From a virus (Duplodnaviria; Caudoviricetes), in IMG/VR virus record IMGVR_UViG_3300038974_000374, positions 1-58,912 of that record: DNA of 58,912 nucleotides; one strand, given 5' to 3'. Of the stretch, positions 8,768-18,273 are shown one piece after another (position 1 is the stretch's first letter; the number at the start of each line of letters is the position of its first letter). The position numbers and the translations under genes were made by a program. The notes under the pieces were generated by a model. That model had not been told where the DNA came from. It did not search any database and saw nothing but the letters and a program-made list of their open reading frames with translations.

Positions 8768-8843
8768 GGTGCATTAGCTCAGTTGGTAGAGCAGGCCTAC
8801 CAATGTGTAGGTATCGTCAGAGGTTCGAGTCCTTTATGCATCA
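8768..8843 (+). tRNA. tRNA-like gene with atypical anticodon arm (identity undetermined)
   Basis: Normal acceptor ggtgcat/atgcatc, D and T arms; anticodon arm gcctac-caatgt-gtaggt has no 7-nt loop. Confidence 0.65.
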
Positions 8844-8990
8844 CAAACAATTAAAATTTATATTTATGAATGATATAGAAAAATATATTATTAAATCTCT
8901 CATAACTAATACAAGGACTGAGAAAGAAATCGGGTTTAACTCTGCGTTAATAACATTGTTAAAAGCAATGGCAGAAGGAATACCGTTACA

Positions 8991-9269
8991 TTGCAAGAAG
9001 CAGAACTTGCTAATAATGCTGAAGAGAATGAAGCAGTCCCTTTAACCATACATCAAAAAATGATGAGAAAGGCTTTTAAGTCAGTACTTGGAGATACTGT
9101 ATTATTTAGATCAATGAACTTAAATGATATTAATACAGTAATAAGTATGATTCCATCAAATAAACTTGCTGCAACTAAAAATCTTAAGAATTATACAAAC
9201 TTAGGTTTAAAAGAATCAAAAGATATTATTGATTTATTTAGTGGATCACTTGAATTAGAACAATTGTAA
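8991..9269 (+). CDS. Protein with ribosomal L7/L12 C-terminal-like domain (true start uncertain, possible upstream frameshift)
   Basis: NKLAATKNLKNYTNLGLKESKDIID resembles the L7/L12 CTD (K..IK.VR..TGLGLKEAKDLVE). Confidence 0.55.
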   Translation: MQEAELANNAEENEAVPLTIHQKMMRKAFKSVLGDTVLFRSMNLNDINTVISMIPSNKLAATKNLKNYTNLGLKESKDIIDLFSGSLELEQL

Positions 9270-9270
9270 T

Positions 9271-9837
9271 ATGAGAAAAGCAGATTTTACTTATGAAATA
9301 AAAGACAACATTGTAAGAATTGTTGATCTTAATTTAGGAAATGTTTCTGTAACAAATGATGCAGAAAATGTACTTACTACGATTCAAAAAGAAACTGCTT
9401 GGCAAAAATATCAGAAAATTATTTCTTGTGACCATGAAATGGAAAGAAGAGGTAGAACAGATGGTTATGCATATTGTAAGCATTGTTCATATTCCGCAAC
9501 TGTATTTGAACCTTTGACAAAATGTTGTAAGTGTGGAAAACCGACATCATATGATACCGATTTTAGAGGTAAGTATTATTGTAAAAAACATGCAGCTACT
9601 AAACCTAAGAATCCTGATAAATCTAAAAGAAGGCTTTGGGATGCTGGTAAAAAAAGACTTCCTCGTAAAAGAAAGAAGTTACTAAAACGTTGTGCAACCA
9701 AATTATTCAGAGAAAATGGGATAAATGGTAAGGTTACTTACGAAAATCGTGTATATGTAACATTTAAATGTTCAGGTAAAAAAATAGATCTATTATTTAA
9801 ATCTTCTGAAAAGTCTTTAATCGCTAAATATAAATAA
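9271..9837 (+). CDS. Hypothetical Cys-rich basic protein
   Basis: 188 aa; SVTNDAENV motif and several CxxC. Confidence 0.5.
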   Translation: MRKADFTYEIKDNIVRIVDLNLGNVSVTNDAENVLTTIQKETAWQKYQKIISCDHEMERRGRTDGYAYCKHCSYSATVFEPLTKCCKCGKPTSYDTDFRGKYYCKKHAATKPKNPDKSKRRLWDAGKKRLPRKRKKLLKRCATKLFRENGINGKVTYENRVYVTFKCSGKKIDLLFKSSEKSLIAKYK

Positions 9838-9903
9838 AAATCATCAAGGGTGTTGGTAAACCCTTGAGTAGTTAATGCCAAAAATAAATCAATAAACAGT
9901 TTT

Positions 9904-10819
9904 ATGGAAGTAGTTATGACAATTCTGTCTTTTTGGGTAGTCGCGTTTGGCGTGCTCGTACTAACCAAATTTTTTGTGAATGTTGGCTCTGACGAGTTAG
10001 CCACTATTGAAAAAAGGTATGTGGGTAAAGAGATGACCAATGGTCGTACTGTAGCTTTAGCTGGAGAAGTTGGTATTCAAGCACGTATCCTGGGACCAGG
10101 TTTACACTTCTTGATTCCTTTCCTTCAAGTAGCTAAAAAACACAAGTACTTAATAATCCGCGATGACGAGATTGGTTTGGTTACCTCAATTACAGGTGCA
10201 CCAATTCCACAAGTCAAATTCATGGCTGAACATGTTGAATGTAACACGTTTCAGGATGGAGAAGCTTTCTTAAAAACGGAGGACAAAAAGGACCACAAAT
10301 TTTAGTAATCCCTCCAGGAGAGCACAGAATTAATCCTCATTTATTTGAGGTAACTGTTGTCAAAGCTCCAGTTGTAGACAAAAACCAAGTTGCCACAGTT
10401 GAAGCTATTGCCGGCGCACCTATTGAACCAGGCCGTATTATGGCTAAGTCAGTAGAGTGCAATCTTTTCCAAGATGGTGTCAAATTCTTAAAGAATGGTG
10501 GACAGAAAGGTCCTCAGGTAGAAATTTTGACTCCAGGTATTTATCGTATTAATACCTATTTATTTCGTATCAAACTTGCCCCTGTGACAATCGTTCCTGG
10601 TGGTGCCATTTGCTTGGTTACTGCAATGGACGGTGCTCAAATTCCGGAAATATCAAACTTATCCCTGAAAACATCATCATTGGTGGTGAAAACGGAGGAT
10701 CGACCGTTGAAAATTTCTTAGGAATTTCAATGATTGAGAAACTTACCGGTAAAGAATTCAATTCAAAGCCTACTGAAGATCCAAAGCCTAAAGTAGCTAA
10801 AAACGAGCCAAAAGCTTAA
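9904..10819 (+). pseudogene. Disrupted SPFH/flotillin-associated membrane protein
   Basis: N-terminal TM, repeated CNxFQDGxxFLKNGGQKGPQ units, frameshift near 10275, jump near 10648 directly to a C-terminal-like IKLIPENIIIGG tail. Confidence 0.55.
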
Positions 10820-10912
10820 AAAATGAAGTGAAGGAGGGATAAACTTTGTGAACTCCTTCACTTTTCTTTTCTACGTTTGAGTGAATAATAGTAGCTTAAG
10901 ATTAAAACGTTT

Positions 10913-11314
10913 ATGCTTGACGGTATTAAGAACCGTAATTGCCACTTTAATAATCCAAGGGCATGGGAATACACTATGAGTTCAGCCATATTAATGACAA
11001 TCAAACTCAGAGGACAAATTGATGGTCCTCAAAAACATGTTGATAAACAAATTGTAACAGTTGATGTAACCAAAATAGGGTCTAAATATCCTGAAGTGGT
11101 GTCTAAAAAGATTACATTCAATGACCGAATTCAAACGGAATGTTACAGAAAGATGAAGATTTCGGAAGAAATAGTTTCGGAATGGGAAAATTCTGAATGT
11201 CCGCATTGGGAAAAACCGGGTAGCTGGAAATCAATGACCAGAAAACAAAAACTTGAATCACATATCAAAAGATATGACGAAGGTTTTGGAGTCACTTATG
11301 ACTTTATCCAGTAA
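10913..11314 (+). CDS. Hypothetical protein
   Basis: 133 aa; TACGTTTG promoter-like motif at 10872. Confidence 0.55.
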   Translation: MLDGIKNRNCHFNNPRAWEYTMSSAILMTIKLRGQIDGPQKHVDKQIVTVDVTKIGSKYPEVVSKKITFNDRIQTECYRKMKISEEIVSEWENSECPHWEKPGSWKSMTRKQKLESHIKRYDEGFGVTYDFIQ

Positions 11315-11584
11315 GTTGTTGTAAAAATCTTTTAAACAAATAATAGATCATGTTAAAATTAATTTTGAAATTCTTACGTCCTGATTTTGCATCAAGACAG
11401 GGTAAGATTATCAGCAGTTTTGTAAAAGCATCTAAAGATGCTCAAAAACTTGATGCTCAAATTGCAGAAGACTTGCAAGAAAAACAGAGTCAAATAATTA
11501 AAATTTAAAAAGAAATGAGTGTAGTTAATGGTATCAAAGCCAAAAACTTGAAATTCATTGCTAACATTTCAAAATTTATCGGCT

Positions 11585-11971
11585 ATGAAGAAAATAATGT
11601 TGTTGATTCTCCTGCTGGTGACGATACTAACGGCTAATGCCGAAATACGTTATTACAGAGCGGTTCATTACAATTTTCGATCTACAGATCAAGCATGGAC
11701 GGGGTGGCGCGAAACAAATGTGCTAATATCAATTAATACGGATACTAGGCATGTCGAGATAGATAGTAACACTCCGCAAGTAATTGACTTTGCAGCGTTA
11801 ACTAAGATTAACGGTGAGGGATTTACACTTTATACAGCGGATGCTACAGATCGAAAATATAAACCTATGCAGATTAGCTTTCAATTTTTTACAGATGGAA
11901 AATTTTTCATAACTATTAGTTATAGCGATGTGGAATATTCCTACAATGTCATTGAAATAGATCCGGATTAG
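11585..11971 (+). CDS. Hypothetical secreted protein
   Basis: Signal peptide MKKIMLLILLLVTILTANA. Confidence 0.55.
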   Translation: MKKIMLLILLLVTILTANAEIRYYRAVHYNFRSTDQAWTGWRETNVLISINTDTRHVEIDSNTPQVIDFAALTKINGEGFTLYTADATDRKYKPMQISFQFFTDGKFFITISYSDVEYSYNVIEIDPD

Positions 11972-12142
11972 TAATTATGCAAAACACTACAATAAGAACA
12001 GAATGTACTTGAAATTTGTCAAAAAATGAATTTTTAGCAATTTTTCTGTTTTTATTGTAGTACTTTTGTATCTCATTTCAGCAATAAAAAATTCAATTCT
12101 GTGAAAGTATTTCATGGAAAATAAAAAGTTAAAATAAATAAT

Positions 12143-12215
12143 GCTATCATCGTCTAGTGGTCAGGACCCCAGGTTTTCAACCTGTGAAACACGAGTTCGA
12201 ATCTCGTTGATAGTA
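12143..12215 (+). tRNA. tRNA-Glu(TTC)
   Basis: Cloverleaf, loop ttTTCaa. Confidence 0.85.
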
Positions 12216-12225
12216 CAAAACAAAT

Positions 12226-12299
12226 TGCGGGGTGTTAGCAGGTGGTAGCTTAGCGGTCTCATAAGCCGATGGTCACTGGTTCGACTCCAGTTCCCGCAA
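12226..12299 (+). tRNA. tRNA-Met(CAT), initiator-like acceptor
   Basis: tgcgggg/tcccgca, loop ctCATaa. Confidence 0.85.
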
Positions 12300-12356
12300 G
12301 GAACACGATTGTTATTACTTCCACGTAGTGTGTTCTGGGTAATGCCAAAAATAACA
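12300..12356 (+). ncRNA. Minimal HDV-like (theta) ribozyme abutting the tRNA 3' end
   Basis: P1 ggaacac/gtgttct, P2 gttatt/aataac, P3 act/agt, L3 tccacgt, GG for P1.1, C-A-A junction, no real P4. Confidence 0.8.
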
Positions 12357-12394
12357 AAACAGATGAATTATCTATTAATTATATTATTTTCTCA

Positions 12395-13025
12395 ATGCCA
12401 TTTATTTATTGTATAACAAATAAAGTTAACAATAAAAAAATATGTCGGCAAAACTGTTTTGACTATTGATCAAAGATGAAGAGATCATTGCTTAGATTAT
12501 ACTAAAGTTAGATGCGAGAAACGTCCTTTATATAATGCAATGACTAAATATGGATTAGAAAACTTTGAAGTTTCTGAACTATGTGAGTGCTCAATAGATG
12601 AATTAAGTGAAAAAGAATCATTTTATATTGATGAGTTAGATACTTATAGTTGCGGATATAATGCAACTAAAGGAGGAGATGGCTCAATATTATATAATCA
12701 TTCTGAGATAATTAAATTATATTTAGATGGATTAACTATGAAAGAAGTTTCTTCTATAATAGGTTGCTGTGAAAATACTGTTTCAGATGTATTAAAATCA
12801 AATAATATTGAATCAAGAAAAAATTATAAAGGAATTACAATTAAACAATTATCATTATCCAGAGAATATATCCGAACATTTGCATCTACTGCTGAAGCAG
12901 GGAAATGGATAGTTGACAATAATTTTGCTAAAACTTATAATGGTGATGTTAGGCAAAAAATTGGAAATGTCGCTAATGGTAATGCTAAAACAGCATATAA
13001 ATTCATATGGGAATGGGAAGATTAA
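12395..13025 (+). CDS. GIY-YIG homing endonuclease (A-run frameshift near 12440; in-frame TGA 12477 at a Trp position)
   Basis: FIYCITNKVNNKK/YVGKT...QR(W)RDH...LYNAMTKYGLENF...GYNATKGG; NUMOD/HTH-like C-terminus. Confidence 0.8.
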
Positions 13026-13182
13026 TACTCCAGTTCCCGCAACAAAGATGAAATAGTCTAGGTCCAGAGGGCTCTAGTAGTACATGAGGAAAGTGACTCT
13101 GGGATTCCCTCCGTGTTTAAAGTGTTGCTGCAAAATGCATCCGCTACTAGTATATCTTTCTTTCTTTTAAAAATTTAACATC

Positions 13183-13584
13183 ATGTATGAAATTGAATTA
13201 ACAACAAATGATAAGTATTATGATGCTTATTATTTTAAGACAAAAAATGAAAACAATCAGACTTTACAATTAGATATAATTGATTCAACGTCTTCTGAGT
13301 TGTCAACTTTTAAAACTTATTATATTTCGTTTAGTATAAATACAAAAAGAAAACATGGTTATCAATATTTAAAACAAACTGGTAAAGATGGAATTAAATC
13401 TTTGATTTGGGCTAAGAAATGTATTAAACATTTTATCAAACATAATTTAAAAAATGGAGATAAAATTGTAATATATGCTGATGATTCCAGAAGATTTAAC
13501 ATTTATGTAAAAGGATTAAAAGAATTAAAATTTGATATTACTAAAGTTAATAATCGTAAAGCTTTAATATATAAACATGTATGA
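13183..13584 (+). CDS. Hypothetical protein
   Basis: 133 aa ORF. Confidence 0.5.
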   Translation: MYEIELTTNDKYYDAYYFKTKNENNQTLQLDIIDSTSSELSTFKTYYISFSINTKRKHGYQYLKQTGKDGIKSLIWAKKCIKHFIKHNLKNGDKIVIYADDSRRFNIYVKGLKELKFDITKVNNRKALIYKHV

Positions 13585-13798
13585 ACGTAACATTTAATGA
13601 ATATTTAGAAGATATAAAATCTCAACTTTGTTGCAATATACCTAATTTAAATGAAATTGATTATATAACTTATGATTTTACCAATGAACAAATTGATGAA
13701 AACTTAGATTATTTTCAAGATTGTTTAAATCGAAATTTATCTGGATATAAAGCGTTATTGTTTTTCAACGAATATTTATCTGAGCAATAAATATACTT

Positions 13799-13871
13799 CG
13801 GAATGTAGTTCAGTAGGTAGAATGCGTGCTTTGGGAGCATGAGGTCGCACGTTCGAATCGTGTCATTCCGA
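13799..13871 (+). tRNA. tRNA-Pro(TGG)
   Basis: Cloverleaf, loop ttTGGga. Confidence 0.9.
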
Positions 13872-14100
13872 CAAATATCACGTTGATATTTATAAATAAA
13901 TTAAGTAATGAAAAAAGTTTTTTTAATTTTGGCAGTTTCTTTTGCCATGTTCGCGTGTACTAAGCCGGTTGATACTAAACCTGCTGTAAATGACTCAATT
14001 TTAATTGATACTGTTGAACTCGAAGTTGCGGAAATTCCTGCCGATTCGGTTGACTCTGTTCTTTAATTGAGTTAAAATCCTCGGGAAACCGAGGTAAATT

Positions 14101-14173
14101 GGCTCTGTAGCTCAGTGGATAGAGCAATGGTTTTCTAAACCATCGGTCATGTGTTCGAGTCACATCAGAGTCA
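14101..14173 (+). tRNA. tRNA-Arg(TCT)
   Basis: Cloverleaf, loop ttTCTaa. Confidence 0.9.
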
Positions 14174-14179
14174 CAAATA

Positions 14180-14253
14180 GGGCCCTTAGCTCAGACGGTT
14201 AGAGCAGCGCCCTCATAAGGCGAAGGTCATCGGTTCAAATCCGGTAGGGCCCA
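14180..14253 (+). tRNA. tRNA(CAT), probably Ile2 (lysidine type), otherwise elongator Met
   Basis: gggccct/agggccc acceptor, loop ctCATaa. Confidence 0.85.
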
Positions 14254-14288
14254 CAAATTAAAAAGTTAAACAGTAAACGATAATGAAT

Positions 14289-14362
14289 GTCCTCATGGTG
14301 AAGTGGTTTAACACGGAAGACTGCAAATCTTCTATTCCTCCGTTCGAATCGGAGTGAGGACT
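14289..14362 (+). tRNA. tRNA-Cys(GCA)
   Basis: Cloverleaf, loop ctGCAaa, U73. Confidence 0.9.
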
Positions 14363-14383
14363 CAAACAATTAAAATTAATAAA

Positions 14384-14839
14384 ATGAATAAATATCACTT
14401 TTTTTGGAAATCTAAACTCTCAAATTGGACTTCTTCTCGATTTATCTACAGAGGATTTAACTACAATTGCGGAGAACAAATGATGATGCATCAAAAAGCT
14501 ATTATGTTTAAAGATTGGGAAACTGCTCTTTTAATTGAACAGTCTACTAATCCTAAAGAAATGAAAGCTCTTGGTCGTAAAGTAAAGAATTTTGATACAA
14601 ATGTTTGGGATGAAATTAAATATGACTTAGTAAAAGCTGGGTTATATTGTAGATTCACTCAGGATAAATCAGCAAAAGCTGAATTATTAGCTCATGCTGG
14701 GCAGATTTTTGTTGAAGCATCTCCTTATGATAGAATTTGGGGAATTGGATATACTGCTCAAGACGCAATGCAAAATATTGACAATTGGGGAGAAAACCTT
14801 TTAGGTAAAATATTAACAGAAATCAGTAATGAAATTTAG
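14384..14839 (+). CDS. NADAR (YbiA-like) family protein
   Basis: LSNW, EQMMMHQKA, KALGRKVKNFD, VEASPYDRIWGIG, GENLLGKIL. Confidence 0.9.
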   Translation: MNKYHFFWKSKLSNWTSSRFIYRGFNYNCGEQMMMHQKAIMFKDWETALLIEQSTNPKEMKALGRKVKNFDTNVWDEIKYDLVKAGLYCRFTQDKSAKAELLAHAGQIFVEASPYDRIWGIGYTAQDAMQNIDNWGENLLGKILTEISNEI

Positions 14840-14900
14840 TTTTATTACTTGATTACAAAGAGTTTCTTTTGAATTTCTTCTCTAAAAAGAAAGAAAGCTA

Positions 14901-14975
14901 GGGGTCTTAGCTCAGCCTGGCTAGAGCAATTGCCTTGCACGCAATAGGTCAAGGGTTCGAATCCCTTAGGCTCCA
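14901..14975 (+). tRNA. tRNA-Ala(TGC)
   Basis: Cloverleaf, loop ctTGCac, G3:U70. Confidence 0.9.
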
Positions 14976-15014
14976 CATTGGTTTATAAAAGTTGTACCAT
15001 AAACAACTTCTTAA

Positions 15015-15091
15015 TGGAAAGTATACCCTCTGCCTGATAAGCAGTAGAAAGGTTAATTGGTTACACGCGGGTTCAATTCCCGCCTTTCCAA
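15015..15091 (+). tRNA. Non-canonical tRNA-Ile(GAT)-like RNA with rearranged D region
   Basis: 7-bp acceptor tggaaag/ctttcca; anticodon arm ctgc-ctGATaa-gcag only 8 nt after the acceptor; D-loop-like taattggtta lies after the anticodon arm; intact T arm. Confidence 0.7.
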
Positions 15092-15213
15092 CTTAAAAAT
15101 TATTGAATTAGGCATTCCTGTCTATGTAGCATTCGGAGATTAGTTCAGTTGGTTCAGAATAGATTTTTGATATTTTTAACATATTCGAATTAAAATTTTT
15201 TAATTATTTTTTG

Positions 15214-15221
15214 TAACTTTG
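15214..15221 (+). promoter_or_regulatory. Bacteroidota-type -7 promoter element TAnnTTTG
   Basis: TAACTTTG 22 nt upstream of the HNH ATG; same motif at 10872, 12061, 24739, 37685, 38224, 45430, 49924. Confidence 0.6.
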
Positions 15222-15242
15222 TAAAGTTTAAAAACTTTAAAT

Positions 15243-15806
15243 ATGGAAAAATACAAAAAAGAAGAATTAGAAAAATTAATTTTAGTAGATTGTCTCACAT
15301 ATGATGCAATTGGAGTTAGATATGGAGTTAGTGGAGCAGCAATTAGAAAAGCTGCTAAAAAATTAGGAATAGAATTACCGACTAGAAGAAAAATAAATTC
15401 TAGCGAAACTTTCAATAAAGGTTATAAATATGTAATTAAATATTGTAAAAATTGTAGTTCTGAAATTCCTTCAGAAAATACATTTTGTAACATTGAATGT
15501 CAAAAAGAATATCAATATACACAATATATTGAAAATTGAAAGTCTGGACAAGTCAATGGTATTTCTGGTAAATCAGATATTTCTAATTATATTAGGCATT
15601 ATTTATTCAATAAACATAAAAATAAATGCGAGTTGTGTGGATGAAATTCAATTAATCCGATTACTCAAAATATTCCCTTAGAAATACATCACATAGATGG
15701 AAATTGTTTAAATAATAAAGAAGAAAACTTACAACTTTTATGTCCAAATTGTCATAGTTTAACTGAAAATTATGGAAATTTGAATAAAAACTCAAAAAGA
15801 TATTAA
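15243..15806 (+). CDS. HNH homing endonuclease (TGA read as Trp at 15537 and 15642)
   Basis: IEN(W)KSG...CELCG(W)NSINP...LEIHHIDGN..NNKEENLQLLCPNCHSLT; 187 aa if TGA=Trp. Confidence 0.85.
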
Positions 15807-15876
15807 GGATAAGGTCCGGGGTTCGAATCCCTGATTTCCGACAATTAGATTAGATTAAATTAAAAAAAAAGAAAAG

Positions 15877-16932
15877 ATGAAAAGATTAATTAGAAATGGC
15901 TCTATACTTAGAGTTGCTGAATTTACTTCTGTTCAGGAAAAATTAGAAGTCGGTATTTATATCGTAAGGGTGTCTGAAGAATTAGGATTTTACTTAGAAC
16001 AAGTGGAACCTTTTTCTCTTCCTAAAAAGATTTATGGCGATTATTCTTTTTTGAAAAGATGGGAATCTGGTATTAAGCGAGCTCAAAACAATACAGGTAT
16101 TTTGTTATCTGGTATCAAGGGTACTGGTAAAACAGTTACTGCTAAGAAATTTTGTAACGAGAGTAATAAACCAGTATTGTTGATAAATTCGCCATATTCT
16201 GGTCCTGCTTTTGAAGCTTTCATTTCTCAACCAATTTTCAAAGATTCAATTATCTTTATTGATGAGTATGAAAAGCTGTACAATGGAAATCTTGATAACG
16301 AAGATGCATTGCTTTCATTACTTGACGGAGTATTCAATACAAAATTGACTTTCTTATTGACTGTTAATAATTTGAAAGCGGTTTCTGACAAATTGAAAAA
16401 CCGGTTGAATCGTATCAAGTATTTCAAAGAATATGTTGCTTATGATTCAGTATTAATCAATGGAATGATTGATGACTTATTGATCAACAAAGATCATAAA
16501 GAATCGATTCAATTGGTTATCCAACAACTTGGATTCATTACTCCGGATATCGTATCGGTTCTCATTGATGAAATGAATGCTAACAATGAACCTGCAACTG
16601 AATCAGTTAAATTCTTAGGTCTTCATGAAGAAAACATTGCCTATGAAGGTGAAGTGGAAGTAGGTGGCGAAACCTTTGACTTCGGTGTAGAATGGGGTAA
16701 TCCTCTCCGAGAAGTTTTGAGATTTGAACCTTCTTATTCAGACAGAGAACATTTCTTACAAACTGTAAAAGAAGACGTGAAATCCGAAATCATGAAAGTT
16801 GTAAGAAATATCAATCTGGCTAAATCTGGATTGAAGTATAAATATATTGATGGAGAGTACGTTATTACTCAACCTAAATTCATATTCAAAATTCGTCCAT
16901 CAAGATCTCGAAATTTCAATTCGAGATTCTAA
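15877..16932 (+). CDS. AAA+ ATPase
   Basis: Walker A GIKGTGKT, Walker B IIFIDEYEK. Confidence 0.85.
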   Translation: MKRLIRNGSILRVAEFTSVQEKLEVGIYIVRVSEELGFYLEQVEPFSLPKKIYGDYSFLKRWESGIKRAQNNTGILLSGIKGTGKTVTAKKFCNESNKPVLLINSPYSGPAFEAFISQPIFKDSIIFIDEYEKLYNGNLDNEDALLSLLDGVFNTKLTFLLTVNNLKAVSDKLKNRLNRIKYFKEYVAYDSVLINGMIDDLLINKDHKESIQLVIQQLGFITPDIVSVLIDEMNANNEPATESVKFLGLHEENIAYEGEVEVGGETFDFGVEWGNPLREVLRFEPSYSDREHFLQTVKEDVKSEIMKVVRNINLAKSGLKYKYIDGEYVITQPKFIFKIRPSRSRNFNSRF

Positions 16933-17210
16933 CCCAATAATCAAAATTTAATTATGACACTGGTGGCAGCCGAAGCGTAAAATGCATCAATGGTTAGGCA
17001 ATGGGAACGATAAAAGAGAGATACCTCGCATCCAGTAGGTTAGATTCAAAGCTCTTATTTTGATTATTAAAGATGTGCCTCGCATAGCCTCTGTTGTTGA
17101 AATATACATTATGTAGCGATGATCCCCAGTTACTAGTTGCAACTAGTTGGTTAAAAGCCAAACTGCGCGTAGATGGGATAGTGAGTAGTCTAATAAATTA
17201 CTCACCTAAG

Positions 17211-17283
17211 GGACTCTTAGCTCAGCTGGTAGAGCGCAGGCCTGAAGAGCCTGGCGTCGTGGGTTCGAATCCCTCAGAGTCCA
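17211..17283 (+). tRNA. tRNA-Phe(GAA)
   Basis: Cloverleaf, loop ctGAAga. Confidence 0.9.
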
Positions 17284-17480
17284 CATGATACTCAAGCTTA
17301 ATTATTTTATAATCTTACGGTAACCAATCCTGAAGAAAGTGTAGCAAATAACTACTATAGAATAATGCTTACTGGAGTTTGCATAATGAGATTTATTACT
17401 ATAGCTCTTATAAATTGAAATATGCGGGGAGTAGAAGGGAACCCTATTCTACATCAAAGAAATAATGGTTCTCATTTCTT

Positions 17481-17555
17481 GCGCTCTTAGCTCAGTTGGC
17501 TTAGAGCACGTGACTTTTAATCACGGGGTCCTGGGTTCGAATCTCAGAGGGCGCA
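17481..17555 (+). tRNA. tRNA-Lys(TTT)
   Basis: Cloverleaf, loop ctTTTaa. Confidence 0.9.
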
Positions 17556-17979
17556 CAATGACAATAAAGTCATTATTAAAAAATGAGGAATTATGAAAAA
17601 AGTATTTTTGTAGATTTTTAATTGAGGGTCTCCATAATAATTTATTACTTAAGTATGTATTACAAAATAGTAGATAAAAAATTAATAAATTATATATTAC
17701 AATATTATGGAAACTTTTAAACAAGAAATCAAAAAATTAGCAGAAGAACAAAGAAATCTTAAAAATTTAAGAAAATCAGTAAATTATCAAGGGTAAGAAC
17801 AATGGAACCATGGCAAGCACAAATGAAACATTATTTTAATGGAAAACAACTTAGAATTATGTATGCCGCATATGGTATAATTAGAGGTAAATCTTATTCT
17901 CAAATTGAAAATCATTATTCTGAAGAAATGCACCCTCTTAAACAATTTGATAATCAAATTCAAAAATTGGTTGAAAAAT

Positions 17980-18273
17980 ATGCAAAAGAAGTTGTATGTT
18001 CTGATAAGTAATGATCTTGACCCTATTTATGAATGTGTTCAAGGTGGTCACGCCGTGGCACAATGGTTATTAGATAATAAAGATTCACAAACTTGGAATA
18101 ATCAATATTTAATTTATTTAATTGCAGATGTAAAGAAATGGGAGTTTAAACTAAATTCAATGGGTATTTCCCATTCTTGCTTTTATGAACCTGATTTAAA
18201 TAATGTACTTACTGCAATTGCAGTTGAAGCTCCAAGTGAAATTTTCAAAAAACTTCAACCAATTAAATTTTAA
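17980..18273 (+). CDS. Peptidyl-tRNA hydrolase 2-like protein
   Basis: KLYVLI..DL...VQGGHAVAQW...FYEPDLNNVLTAIA. Confidence 0.7.
   Translation: MQKKLYVLISNDLDPIYECVQGGHAVAQWLLDNKDSQTWNNQYLIYLIADVKKWEFKLNSMGISHSCFYEPDLNNVLTAIAVEAPSEIFKKLQPIKF

Larger units (their letters stand above)
12284..13042 (+). mobile_element. Homing-endonuclease cassette flanked by 16-bp direct repeats of the tRNA-Met 3' end
   Basis: actccagttcccgcaa at 12284-12299 and 13027-13042. Confidence 0.75.
15134..15841 (+). pseudogene. tRNA (probably Ile-GAT) split in the anticodon loop by an HNH gene
   Basis: 5' half cggagat-ta-gttc..gaat-a-gattt-ttGATa (15134-15171); 3' half a-ggata-aggtc-cgggg-ttcgaat-ccctg-atttccg-a (15806-15841). 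Confidence 0.65.

Noticed and set aside
11350-11636. TAA readthrough in a small coiled-coil ORF (stop near 11506)
   Set aside because: Isolated case; TAA is the dominant true stop here, so a nonsense mutation or error is more likely
13086-13096. RNase P RNA (gaggaaagt)
   Set aside because: Lacks the following CC and the matching 3' P4 strand; element too short
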